Assembly (NCBI GenBank): GCA_965644295.1
Contig: CBFFRP010000035.1
Span: 1 to 64,000 of the forward strand
DNA from: Paraphysomonas bandaiensis
Taxonomy: Eukaryota; Protista; Chrysophyceae
Length of the DNA stretch: 64,000 nucleotides
Direction: 5' to 3'
Shown here piece by piece: positions 1 through 12,982 of this stretch. A program made the translations under genes and the position numbers. The first letter of the stretch is position 1, and every line of letters begins with the position of its first letter. The notes beneath the pieces are model-generated. The model did no database searches. It saw only the letters and a program-made list of their open reading frames with translations, and had not been told where the DNA came from.

Positions 1-1392
1 TTTGCATGCAATATTGGGAAATTATACAAAAAGTCTCAAGCGCATCGGAAAGTGCTCGACTGGTCAGAGGAGGCCACGGTAGCATTCGATGAGCGGAAGG
101 AGCGAATTCATGAGTGTCCCTTATTATTTTTTATGGATGATGTTTTCCCCATCTATCTATATACTGATGCATCTATAATAGGGATTGGGGCTCATTTGGT
201 GCAAATCGTGGAGGGTCACGACGCACAATTGGTATGATTAGTAAGGCGTTCGAGTCAACCTTGGCGAAATGGCATACCTGTGAGCAGGAAGGATTTGCCA
301 TTTTTGTATGCCTTGAATAAGTGGAAATACTTGTTGAGAGATCGACGCTTCATTGTTCGAACGGATCACGACAGCTTAAGCAAGAACACGGTGTTTTAAG
401 CGTGTGCAACGCTGGTTTATGTGTTTTCAGTCGTTTGATGTACTTAGCAGGAGAACTTAAGGTGATTGCTGATGCTCTTAGTCGAATTTGTGGGGTGGAC
501 GCATCCGATAAGTTCGGTGAAAATGTCTGTTCTTCACTCGAGCAGTGCCTTGAGGTAGAGCAGGATACAGCGTGTGAGCATATCCTTAGTCGCTGCTGGA
601 AAGTTATTTAGACCTGTCACAATAGTGTAGTGGGTCACCATGGGGTAGAACGAACCATGGGAAAGTTGCGAAGGAGCAACAACATTTGGAAAAACATGAG
701 TCAGCATGTAGTGACTTATTAAAAGATGTGTGAGTTGTCAAAAGAATGTCAACGGGGTGGCAGACAGACTTGTCGCTCAGGATAAGGTTAGGGCGTATGC
801 ACAACAGAATTTGCGTATCCGAGACCAGCACCATATTGAGTCTAATATGCCGGAGGGTATATCCTCATATCCGGTAGGGGCTTTGGTGCTAGTGGAATAT
901 CGCCATAACTCGTTGAGGAAGGGTCCTCCGAGCAAGTTATTACCATATTTGAAAGGCCCCATGAAGGTGGTGGCAATAGATGGTGGAATTTATACAGGGC
1001 AGAGTCTTTTGACCAAAGGCACGACGAAGCATCATATCTCGAAGTTACGTCCGTTCTGTTATGATCCGAGGGTGGAAGACCCGGTGCAGATTGCGTTACG
1101 GGATGACACAGAGGGCGCCGAGTTTGTGATGGAGAATATAACGAACATGCGAGGGGATGTAAAAGGGTCACGATTTGACTTGTACTTTGAGGTGTTTTGG
1201 TCTAATTATAGTGTACCAACTTGGGAGTCTTGGAAGACAGTGCGGGGTTCAGAGGCATTGCTAAGATACCTGAGGTCCCACTCTAACTATCTTGTTCGGG
1301 CCCTATTACCCAAGAGAGGAAGGAAGCGCTCCAGGTCAGTTGATTCGACGGAAGAAGAGGCCCAATCCGAGGAGGAGGGCTCGTCGAGTTAG
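1..1392 (+). mobile_element. Decayed Ty3/gypsy chromovirus pol 3' part (RNase H, integrase Zn-finger, GPY/F, chromodomain)
   Basis: RNase H motif YTDASIIGIGAHLVQ (~160-205), then E-x-E-x-x-A-I and ADALSR remnants; H..GH.G and CVSCQK integrase zinc finger (~620-745); KLLPYLKGP GPY/F motif; chromodomain ENITNMRG..YFEVFWSNYSVPTWESW; multiple stops and frameshifts. Confidence 0.9.
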
Positions 1393-1560
1393 TTTAGGGA
1401 TTATGAGTTTTGACGGTTAAAATCCGCTCTGTCCATGTAGTGGACACCTATGATAAGGTTCTCGTAAGTCAGAATAATGCTTGGAGTGATATGTAGGGTA
1501 GTAGTGGTGAGTTTTTTTTAGGAGTAGTAGTTTTCGTAGGCTAAATGCCAGGTTTTCTTC

Positions 1561-1680
1561 AAAAAAAAAGGAAGGAAGGGGTAGTGTGGCATGAAACCCC
1601 AGCCTTTTGGGAAAACCTTGGGTTTTTAGATTTGCGATCACTCTCCTTCAGGGATTGCTTTGGGCACGTCCCTTCAGGAT
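1561..1680 (+). mobile_element. Polypurine tract and probable start of 3' LTR
   Basis: AAAAAAAAAGGAAGGAAGGGG (1561-1581) then TAG and TGT at 1585, downstream of the pol stop; LTR end not identifiable. Confidence 0.6.
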
Positions 1681-1791
1681 CGTGATATTGTGATAGGCAG
1701 TTGCTTCATGCCAGTCTATACATACATGATTCTTATATGCATAATAACCATATATTCCTAGTCTACTTTCTCTTGGTGTCTGTCAGCTACA

Positions 1792-2141
1792 ATACATACA
1801 TACATACATACATACATACATACATACATACATACATACATACATACATACATACATACATACGTACATACATACATACATACATACATACATACATACA
1901 TACATACATACATACATACATACATACATACATACATACATACATACATACATACATACATACATACATACATACATACATACATACATACATACATACA
2001 TACATACATACATACATACATACATACATACGTACATACATACATACATACATACATACATACATACATACATACATACATACATACATACATACATACA
2101 TACATACATACATACATACATACATACATACATACATACAT
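1792..2141. repeat. (ATAC)n tetranucleotide microsatellite, ~87 units
   Basis: Near-perfect ATAC array with two GTAC variants (~1864, ~2032). Confidence 0.99.
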
Positions 2142-4435
2142 GAAGTCGTATCATATCTTTCAGTGTACATATATATTAACACCTTCCATGTATTCAATAA
2201 TTATGATCCTTGTACTAGCTTGTCTATGTCACATATCCTCAGCTGAATTTCTATGGGGTGCAGCCACGGCCAGTTATCAGGTGGAGGGCGCATACAAGGA
2301 GGATGGTCGTGGTATGTCTGTCTGGGACGTGTTTTCTCATACTCCTGGCAAAGTATCGAATAATGATAATGGTGATGTAGCATGTGATAACTATCATCGA
2401 TTCCAACAAGATATTGAATTAATTAAGAACATGGGTCTTAGTTCCTATCGATTCAGCATCTCATGGTCAAGGATTCTGCCTGATGGGGAAGGAGATGTAA
2501 ACATGGCGGGAATCAATCACTATAATAATCTTATTGATACATTGATTCAGTATGATATTGTTCCGTTTGTCACTCTTTTTCACTGGGATACTCCCCAGAA
2601 TTTAGAAACAAAGTATGGCGGTTGGTTGAACAGCTCCATGGAAACATGTAGGCGTTACACTTTCACACATGCCTTCCTTTTAACTATGAGTGTTTCATTA
2701 GATTTCTCTCAATATGCGGATATATGCTTTGAATATTTTGGTGATCGTGTAAAACATTGGATAACACTTAATGAGCCAATGACTGTTGCATTGAGCGGAT
2801 ATTCGACTGGAAGCCATGCCCCAGGAAGGTATTTGCATTGGATGTGAAATATACTAGTGTATTAAATGCTCAGAATCCTGCATATATAATGTATTGTTGC
2901 ATAGAAAATATTTGTTCGTATTGGTTGTAGCGAATGTGTGGTGTTTTCTGCTCTATAGTGTTATATAAGATGTTAGGTGCTCTGATCGCACAGTCTGCAT
3001 AGATGGAAACTCGTCCACGGAACCGTATATAGTATCTCACAACATGCTAAATGCGCATGCTGCAGCGGTGGAGATCTACCGTTCTGCTTATCAGTCGACG
3101 CAGCAAGGGAGAATTGGAATCTCACTCAATACCGATTTTGCATACCCATTGACTTCAAGCAGCAACGATGATAAAGCCTGTGAGAGGTATGGTCCCTTGT
3201 CAAAGTCGTTTAGTATACTTGATATGGCTATGCGACGTATTTGCGAAGAAGTTGCCACAAAATCTTGTTACTTATTTATTTCTATATGATCCTGATTTGT
3301 ATATATTTTAGAAATCTTGAATTCCAAGCTGCATGGTACTCGGACCCTATTTATTTCGGGGCCTATCCCGCGTCTATGATGGAGCTAGTTGGAGACCGAC
3401 TACCTACATTTACTCCATCGCAAGTGAGAAGAATTAAAGGTTCCAGTGATTTTTATGGTGCGCAATTGGATTGCTGTGTTATGCAGCATAAGAATATCTT
3501 GCTTTCTACTGCATTGCTGTATTTCGATTGGTTGATTCAAGGAATATTTTGATGTTTTTGAACCAGGCTTGAATCATTATACTTCCAAGTATGTGGCAGA
3601 TTCGTCTCCTTCTGAGGTATCATCTGGGTGGGTAGATGATCAATGCACCGTTGTTAGCAATAAAAATTCCGATGGGGAATTAATAGGCCCACAAGCCGCT
3701 TCGTCGTGGTAAGTCTGTGCTCTGTCGTTCATCACTAAAGAAGGACAGCTTGATATATATGTAGAAATAATATATGTTATCGCTTTAACTACAATTGAGT
3801 AAATACTCACTATGAATATATGATAATAGTAGTGTTGTATCTCAGGTTGAATGTGGTACCTTCCGGTATGATTGACCTTTTACTGTGGTTGAACAAACGG
3901 TATGCTCACCCGACCATTTACATCACTGAAAACGGCTGCGACGTGCCTGGAGAGTCTCAACTACCAGTAGAAGAGGCATTGAATGACACTTTCAGAGTTG
4001 AGTATTATAAGGGTTATCTTCGAAGCGTACTTCAGGCTATAGAACAAGGTGTCAATGTGAAAGCCTATTTCGCGTGGTCACTTATGGTAAGTATCCAGCT
4101 GACTACGGCTGTCTGTCATGGCGCTCACGAAGTATAGACACTGCTTTGTAGGGCCTACAAGTTACTGCGTTTCGAATATTTTGAATCTTTTTATTATGCA
4201 GGATAACTTTGAGTGGGCTGATGGATATGACTATCGATTCGGAATTCACTACGTGGTTAGTTTGTGCTATGTTGCATGATAAATCCTGTTGATGCATCAT
4301 TTATATGAATGATTTCGATGTGTTAATACTATATCGTTTTGTGGGTAGGACTTTGAAAACGATTTGACAAGATATCCAAAGAAGTCGTCTTTGTGGCTCA
4401 GCAATTTCGTGAAAACACATCCGCAAGGTTATTAA
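2140..4435 (+). CDS. Secreted glycoside hydrolase family 1 beta-glucosidase (7 exons; start 2140 or 2188)
   Basis: FLWGAATASYQVEG, YRFSISWSRI, TLFHWDTP, TLNEP (acid/base), ITENG (nucleophile), WSLMDNFEW; GT-AG introns 2648-2701, 2829-2976, 3187-3311, 3458-3567, 3709-3845, 4067-4201, 4256-4348; TAA 4433-4435; signal-peptide-like N-terminus. Confidence 0.95.
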
Positions 4436-5320
4436 GACTACCGTTTTGAATTAGCAGACCTAAATTCTCGTATGAGCGTACTTTATGAAACGTTAGTTTT
4501 ATACACAGACAAAAGCTTTTCGTCAGGAATTGATCTTCAATCTCTTGTGATCTTCACTTGAGGGAAAGTTGAATATATATGTACGAGGAATCGTCCACTG
4601 GATATTCTTTGGGTTATTTAGCGCACCCGCAGTAATTACTAGTGTTAGTTTGAATACTCTATGATGTTATAGAATCAACATCTAAGCACCGTGTTATATA
4701 AATTGGACGTTTCACTGAAGTTAGCCTTACTCTACACGTAAACCTTAATCTTGCTTTGGTGAATTATAATTAGTAATCTATATATAGAAATGTCTGATTA
4801 TTAATTATTACATGAGAACGGTTGTATCTAGAATTTGTAATGTAGCTATGGACTTCATAATATTATGCGTCGCTATTTACTAAATTCTTCAACCGTCTCG
4901 GGACTGCTTGTGCATTGCTGCAAGTACACTTGGTGAAATCATCCCTTGTATTGGAGTTAGTCTACCTTTGGGCAGTGTTTCTGGCGTTCCAGTGCTGCAC
5001 GTTACTTGAGGAGTGGAGTAAATGACATGTATGTGGGAGTGTAGGTCGGTTACGGAATGTCTGCTAGTCCTTGCGGTTATGTCTCTTGAATTTCGTCCTA
5101 TTCAGTGGATGTAAACTTAGAAGCCAAGTGCAAATCATTAGGCCGCCTTTTTTCGTCGAGTATTCGACGCTCTCATCCATATCCAGTCCATCATGCATTT
5201 CATCAATATCACTGTCTGCATCTTGAACTTCCATATCCATAATCAAAAGCTCTGATAGTGCTCGAATAGTTAAAAAGTATTATTTTGTTTAAGATTATCC
5301 ATATTTGGCTATGACATCAT

Positions 5321-5423
5321 AGGTTTTGGACCCGAGGTTTTGAACGCACTTCTAGATGTGCGCTCAAAACCTCAACCTACCCATAGGAGGTTTTGAAAAA
5401 GGTAGGATTTTCCCGAGGTTTTT
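5321..5423. repeat. 40-bp near-perfect palindrome plus AGGTTTT iterons
   Basis: GAGGTTTTGAACGCACTTCTAGATGTGCGCTCAAAACCTC (5334-5373); further AGGTTTT copies near 5321, 5388 and 5416. Confidence 0.8.
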
Positions 5424-5446
5424 AGGTAGTTATTTTTGGTAAGAAC

Positions 5447-7260
5447 GTGTGTTATACACTATACCACTATTACACAACCCCCTACACATTAACTATACAC
5501 ACACAACTCCTTACCCATGACCCATATCAACCTGTCCATGCCTTATTTTCGTCGCGATACAGTCTAGTCTACACATGGTGCCGACCGCAGAGAACCTCCA
5601 TTTCACTGTTACCTCCGGCCACTCTATTCCACTCAACACACACACACCGTCCCATTTCGAAAAGCCGCTGTTGTGTTCCATGCTACTTGAGCCATGCAAC
5701 CTTGTCTACACCTGGTATTCAACGCAGAGAACCTACGCGCCACTGTTACCCTCGCCCAATACATTTCATCCTCATTGTCCAACCTCGGAACCGCTGTGTT
5801 CCATGCCATATGAACCATGTAGCCCTGTCTACACATGGTGCTCGACGCAAAGAACCTATGTGATGCAGCTCCCCACATCCCCCGACGCAATACCACACCC
5901 AGAGGACCGACCCCACTCCGAAACTACTCCGGCTACTCCGAGGAACACCCACTCCTAGAATCATACCACTCGAACCCGCCCCCAGCCCAGGCCTGCACAT
6001 CCACTCCGAAAACAACTGCTACTTGCCATAGACAGCACTCTTGGCAGCAGCTCATCAAATTCTGGGGTCAACTGCACCAGGAAACTACAACCCTGCGCAC
6101 CTTCTCCCAACGAAGAGGATACCACCGCATTATTGTCATTGGTGCAACGCTTGCTGGCTCTATGCCTCACTGCAGGCATCACTGCCACACGTATCCAAAC
6201 ACTGAAGCGTACACTCACCCGCATGAGGAGTGCCCTCAACTCCCCCAACCCACAGGACAGAGCTCTCGCCGCCACACACTATATTATATGGACACCGAAG
6301 ACTTCCTACTCATGCTTAGACTTCTACGACTCCGATTCCAGTTCTGGCAGGGACACCCGCTGTACCTTCAGCGTGGCTGGGTCCTCCTCAAGACGCCGAC
6401 AGGAACGAATCGACATTCCCCTACACCAGTCCACAACGTCGCGTATAGCGCATCTCACTACTTTCTCCTCAGGATTACCGATGTCGACAGTAAGTGCACC
6501 AATGCTTCTCACGCGGCTAGACTCTCCCTGTCTGTCCGCCCTTCAGTCCGCCCAAACATCATCCCACCCCTTCACTTGCCCACATCCAGCATCACCCACC
6601 GAAACATTACACCAACCCCACGGCACAAACACTTCCTCCCATAACAACACGGACACACCACACACACCAGCGTACGCAGACACACAGGACCATTAAAGAG
6701 ATCTCTGATTATTACACACACAGGACCACAACACCTGCTGTATCGACACATATACACCACAACATCCCCCCCATGCACCACATCCACTACCTCACTCACT
6801 ATCACCGACGGAATGGTGACCTGGAGTATCACTCCGCGTGGACTAAGGGAAATCGAAGTCCAAACTCAACATCCCGATCAACCTCAACCGCCCCGCGTAG
6901 CAATACTGAACGCTGGCAGAATTCTCAGGCTTCATGTATCAGCGCAGAGCATCCACACAGCACACAAAATCCCAGCCAACGGGTATTGTGCATACGGAAC
7001 CCTCCATCGCTTGCACATGCTCATGACCAGCAAACGCCCTGCAGCCACCTATTGGGAGCTCGACTTCCGGCGACCAGAGCACAGGACCTAGATCCCGGCC
7101 CATGCCATCATTTCCGAGTGCACTGGCCAAAGACTCTCTATCCCGGAAGCCAGGTCCACGGAGCGTTCCTCCGACTATCTTGTCCAAGACGCACAAGGAA
7201 CATTTGCAATAGACGCCAGGGACAGGAAAAGCAAACGCATACTTTGCGCAGCCGTGTAAA
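5447..7260 (+). mobile_element. Degenerate C/A-rich retroelement-like fragment (probable LINE 5'/ORF1 region)
   Basis: Strong C/A strand bias, broken ORFs, three ~125-135 bp internal repeats (5567, 5704, 5827), similarity of 5916-6020 to 8198-8300. Confidence 0.55.
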
Positions 7261-7507
7261 GCCGTGGGCTTCTATAACACCGTTGGTAGTTTTATATGAT
7301 GATGATATATATTGGTATAATAGGCGGTTATAGTATATGGAGAAAGAATGAATAAGTTTTATAAGTAGTTGATAGATTGAGTTATTAGTAGTTATCTAAA
7401 GGGAACGAAACAAGGCTTACTAACCATCGTGGACACGACTTATGTCTTTCCTGCGAGCTTTACGACGGGGATGAGTAATACCAGCGTGATTAGGAGGAGG
7501 CTTACAG

Positions 7508-7634
7508 CAGCGATTCGGGTTAGGAAGCATTGATACACACGATTTCGTTGGTCTACGTGATTGCCACCCGTTGATTTACGCCTATATCCATATAGCAGTC
7601 GGTGTAACAGCGATTCGGGTTAGGAAGCATTGAT
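7508..7634 (+). repeat. 27-bp exact direct repeat, period 100
   Basis: CAGCGATTCGGGTTAGGAAGCATTGAT at 7508 and 7608. Confidence 0.9.
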
Positions 7635-7899
7635 TGGTACCGCATGTGCGATATTCGTAGTCCATTCATCATTATGAGAAGTTTTTTGATGGTTTTGAAC
7701 AGCTCTATGTGCTTGCTCATTGCTCTGGATTCTGATATACGAATATTTTTCCAGTGTTACACACCGTCGATTTTCTGTAGAACGGGAGAGAACTCGTATA
7801 CGGTGCCAGATTTTTTGGAAAAGACTTATTTAGGCGTATTTCAGGGCGTTTTTGACTATAATCGATGTAGGATATGAATCGTATAAGCTTGACAAACTT

Positions 7900-8530
7900 C
7901 GCACACGCACGCTCCCCCATCCCTGGTTTTACACCGCCATAACCAAACTAGCCAAAGCCGCATGAAACCCAACCACCCCCCAGGTTGAGCGCTACTGGAC
8001 CGGCCACATTACTGCCACACAAATGGCCGACGCATGCGGACGCCACATATCCAGCTCACTGTTCGAACATCAATTCCACGCCTTAGAAAAATCCATCGCC
8101 TCTATCCTACTTCCCCTATATGGTGGAGGGCTCCGCATGCTTCGCAATAGGGGACACACTCACAGCAACGCCAGTCCCAGGATACTCACCCGACACCAAA
8201 AATACTCCAGCTACTCCAGGCGACATCCACCCCACGAACTACACTCTCTGCAAGAGCCCAGACCCGACAGAGGCAAGCGCAACCACTCCGGAAACAACTT
8301 CTCCTTACTTGTAGCCGAAACCCCACCTCAACAACCAGCACCATCTCCACCACCGACTTGCACTCTCATATACATCTCGCCTCACCCACCCCCCACATAA
8401 TCTATGGCACAGGCCCGCCAGACACATTGCCCAAAGGTAGACCCCCCGACTAACCTCACTACAAGGGACGGTTGCACCATGGTGCTCGCAGCAATGCAAA
8501 GCAGTCCCGAGACGGTTGCCCGCCACTAGT
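7900..8530 (+). mobile_element. Second fragment of the C/A-rich element family
   Basis: TACTCCAGCTACTCC..CCACTCCGGAAACAACT matches 5916-6020; peptide PLYGGGLRMLRNRG matches PLYIGGLPMLKDRG at ~39530-39580 (-). Confidence 0.6.
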
Positions 8531-8829
8531 AGTATATAGCAAATCTAGTTATTAGCTAGTCTATAGACATAAACTAGTTTCTGTGCACAACCGTACTCAT
8601 GTAATACTCAGACTTTCATATATACGTGTCTTTTTGCTCATGCCATAGCTCTCGTGCTCTGCCTCATTCAGCAGGTTTCGGCTCTAGCCCCAGATGATTT
8701 ATACTCTTCTTTATCATATGAATTTCTATCTTCGGAGCTGATACCCCAGCCTGATACTTGTCAAACTTCAGTATCTTACTCTGTCCTTGTGAAGTTATGA
8801 CACAATGGATGATTTACTAAATTAACTGG

Positions 8830-9230
8830 ATGTGTAGTCACTCATTAAGCTTGTTATAAAATTATATCATTCATCAATATCATGTTATCTCTACGAGCAA
8901 TCATTTCTCGTGCGGTCTTACATTGTCACTATCTTGTATGATCAATATAATATATTCAGTTTCATTACTACAGTAGCTATCATGTTGTTTGTTCTCATAA
9001 TACTGTTAACCACTACTCTATTCGACTAACGGTCATAATTCCAATACCTTAGAATTACAGCTTTTAATTGCTCCAACAGCAAAACACAACACTCCCTCTC
9101 AATTCAACGCTGTGCATTGAATCTTCAAACCACGAGACATAACTGATGGGTAGAATTACAGCTTCTAATTGCTCTCAAATAGCAGAACTCAACATTCCTT
9201 CGCCTCATCCGAGCTACCATGCTAGTATGG
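8830..9230 (+). repeat. Dispersed AT-rich repeat family A, copy 1
   Basis: GTTCTCATAATAC..TACAGCTTTTAATTGCTC core recurs in reverse complement at ~21340-21480 and ~39830-39960. Confidence 0.75.
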
Positions 9231-9874
9231 TCACTCCACTGAAGTTAACCTCGTCTATGTTGGGAAATGCTCATTTTACTTAGATCAAAGAGAGATTAAG
9301 TTGTTAGACTAGATAGATTTATTAATATCAACAACATCTTCCATGTCAACCACTGTTCAACTTCAGTATCTTGAATCGTAATGATACTTCAGTTTTCACA
9401 TTGTATTCTACAGTTCTATCTTAGATAACATACGTATTTCAACATACACTGCTGTAATCTGTAATCAACAAAATTGTGAATCCTTTCTCCATATTACGTA
9501 TCAAGTTGTACACTAAGCCATGTATTCCTACAAGGCACATGAAACTTACATTTTGTACACTATAAAGCGAAGCACACTTCTTTGGTCACTCTACACTTCT
9601 GTGAGTATACATCTATAATCTATATTACCTTCTATATTGCTAAACTAAGAAGAAGGGAACACTGGTACTCCTGAATGTATGATTGTGTTGTAACTGCTAC
9701 ATTGTTGGTGCCTGGATATATTCAATAATTCGCTGTAATTGTAAAATATTAGTTATAGTGTGAATACAGACACTGTGCGGTTCCTACGTGACAAACTAAC
9801 TTCACGGAACTGTCTGCGGGGCGATGCATAAACTATAGGGGTTGGCATAATTATTCACGACACTTAAAAGGCAC

Positions 9875-12800
9875 TCAATTGAGGGTGACTCCGGTGGTAT
9901 GCAGTAGCTCCCCTAACACTTTTTTCTCATCCTCATCAAGAGACGACTGCAGTGCTCCGGAGTACTTGGAAGGGTGGGCGGCACAAAGGGCGCTCAACTG
10001 ACGGGCAAACTTGAGCCGTGCTTGTGAGAAGTCATCAGTACCATCGCTAGTGTTCTCTATAATCTGAGCATATGCTAGCTTCGAGTACGCACTGTCAAAC
10101 TCTCTTGCCTCTGCTTCTTCGTCAGGGAAGATATCGTCCCTTTCCCCAGTAGCAGACGGGGTTTTCCGAATGAGTTCCAGCAAAGATTTAGCGAGAAGAA
10201 TCCAGGACTTGGAGTCATTAGCGACAGGGGTTTCGCAGAGGAAGAGGGAACATCCTGAGACAATGCGACTTACCTCGGCAGCATCCGACATGGCAAATGA
10301 CGCAGCGTTGGGATGCAGGATTTGCTCTACGATCATACCAGTCATACCAGCCTGAATGCTCTCCAGAGATTCGTATATGAACATGGGGCCGATGGCAGAC
10401 GTCGCCACAACGCAAAGAAAGTGAACAAAGAGGCGGCAGTATTGAGAAGTTTTGTTCTCCTGCATTCTCATGAGCATCAGCTGGAGTACCATGGGCATGT
10501 AGCCAGTCATTGTCTGTTGCGGGCAATATCGCACCACAGCACAAATTATCTTGAATGCGTACACCTCGTTGGCCTGAAGAAACATACAAATTTAGTAAAA
10601 TACTATAACACGTGAGAATGCGTACCTTGGAGGCCAATAACTTTTGAAATACTCCAAGCACACCCTCTAGTAGGTTCCTTTCTACGATCTCTGCAATACC
10701 CTGGTGCACGTATGCAAGGATGAGGTCGGTGAGGGCTGGAACGTTTCCCTTCCTGGTCCACAGCACAGGGGAGAGAAGAGGGGGAAAGAGTCCTTTATAA
10801 GCCTCAGAAAGGCCAGACCCAGTAGGACGGTAAGATAATAATTGGGCAAGTATCTGGAATACGTAAGGCACAAATTCGACCACATCCAGCTGCAGAATGG
10901 ACTGGAAGGGCGGGAACAACAACGCCTCAAACTTGCTCGTAGATTCCGCTGCCTGTGCTGCGGAAACAGCCGACGAGGGAGCGCAACTAGATCGCACAAG
11001 CAAGGCGAGGCATTCGAAGAGGTAGTGATTGAAATGGGGGTTGGCAGGATTCCGACACACACGCTCCAGAGCATTAGTAAGGTGCCGGAGGACAAGCTCG
11101 GTGACAGAGGTAATATCAGTACCACACACTGATAGCACGCGCATTACACACTTCATTACGTAATCGTTCTCTGGGAGATCTTCATTGTCAAGAACAGGAA
11201 AAAGTGCTGAAAAAAGAGCGTGCAACATGGGAGACACAGTCTCCCTACCTAGTCTGAGGGGCCCAGTAGGTACAGAAAGCAAGCCCATGGCAGAGGAGGA
11301 AGCATCAGCATCTCGATCCCTAACAGTCAAGAACTTCTCAATACACAAGGCGGCGTATGTTTGGATGACGATATGCTCTGAAGAGAGATGTCGGATTAGA
11401 TGTGGCATCAACTCAACCAGGAAGGCAGCAGGGAAGTGTGATCGGAAGGTACAAATGAGTTTAATTGCATCGGCCTTAACAATAGGCCGTGCGTTCACAT
11501 TAGAATCATGTAGCTCAGGGAGAACATGTGTATTGAAGATTTCGAGTATATTCACGTGAGAATTTAGAGTTCCCGCACCTTGTGTGGTCGAAGAAGAGAC
11601 CACAGACACGGCAAGTACAAGATGTAGGGCCCCATCCTTGGCTTTCCAATCTTGTCGCCCAGTGCTCTCGTATTGCTGGAGCATGGCTGTGATGTATGAG
11701 ACACAAAGTTGTGATGTTTTTTCAGCAAAGAACTTTAGCAAAGCCCTCACAAGTTCACAAGCACACCTCCTGCGTGTATCCTGGTCACTACCCTCGATGT
11801 CTTTACGAATATAATCCAAGGGATTATCCTCAAAGAGCTCCTCATCGCTCTCTGTCGCCATAAGATTTGGCACCACGATTTGCTCAACAATCTGTTGCAA
11901 TACTTCATCAGTAAATAGTTGCACATTCATCTGCTTGGAAGCCACTGTCGTCAAGAATTTTATAGATACTGTTGCCAAAATATCGTATCTTGGATCGGCT
12001 TTTACGTGCACCAGTAGCTGCCAAATGATTTCTGTGAAGGTCGGTAGGTATGGAGTGAACATCTCTTCATACTTAGTCGCGTAAAGGACAAGATTTTCTA
12101 TTATAGCTGCCTTTAGTCGCTCTATCGGGCCTGACTCAGAGCTCTCCCCAGAATTCTCTAGATTTGTGTTTGTGTAGGTTAGGTACTTGGCGAACCCCGG
12201 CATCCATGTCTCTGTGTTGTCCTCGAAGTACTCCGGAATGTCCTGCCAATTAAGCGAAAAAAATACCCTCGAAGTCAAACGCAGAATTTCCAGTACCACC
12301 TTGGTGCTCTCTAAATTAGATCCGGCAGCATCTAGCATTGCGGATCCCTGCATGAAAAGCTTGGTGAGAGGCTCCTGAAACCCTTTCAAACAATACAATA
12401 GCTCCTCATACAGAGCGTCCGACTTGAAGACATAACGAAATCGCTTCATAATGCTGTTCGCAGTAACCATTACTCCATGAATAACATTTATGTCATCAGA
12501 TCCCAAGCGCTCTATTAAATGAGGAAGAAGATTTTGCCACTTAGCCGGAAAATCATACTTCGAAATAATCGACACAGCTTCTGCTAATTGTTGCTGAACA
12601 TCACGGGGAGTCGTACACATCAAGTCAACCAAATGTATCTTGATATTATCTCTGTCGCTATCAGGAATGGGGGTATCATCCTCAGTCTGCCATCTTTTCT
12701 TAATGGCATTTTTGAATAGAACTGAAGCGGAGAGTCTGGTGGCTACGTACTCAGGTGAATCCGACCTTGACAGCGCGCTAATTAAATGAAGAATCACTAA

Positions 12801-12982
12801 TGTGAACCCCGGCTTGTCTTCCATGTCATTGAGAGCCTTCTCAGCTGTATACATCAGCAGTGAGGACAGAATCCACATATATATCAGCTGTGGTTACCTT
12901 CTCGTCTCTTCGTATTATCAGACGACAGTACCTGGACCAATATGCCCTGAACATGGTGGAGGGTAGCATCATTGATTTCCAT
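9875..12982 (-). CDS. CSE1: Exportin-2 / CSE1 (CAS), importin-alpha re-exporter
   Basis: IBN_N (ASVLFKNAIKKRW), FFSLNWQDIPEYFED, ELFEDNPLDYIRKDIEGSDQDTRRR, ENDYVMKCVMR, NPANPHFNHYLFE; introns 12897-12845 and 10625-10574. Confidence 0.97.

Noticed and set aside
1701-2246. ORFs of YIHT/MYVC repeats
   Set aside because: Translation artefacts of the (ATAC)n microsatellite
7508-7634. 27-bp direct repeat resembling a CRISPR repeat-spacer unit
   Set aside because: Only two copies, 73-bp spacer, no cas genes, eukaryotic context; a simple local duplication
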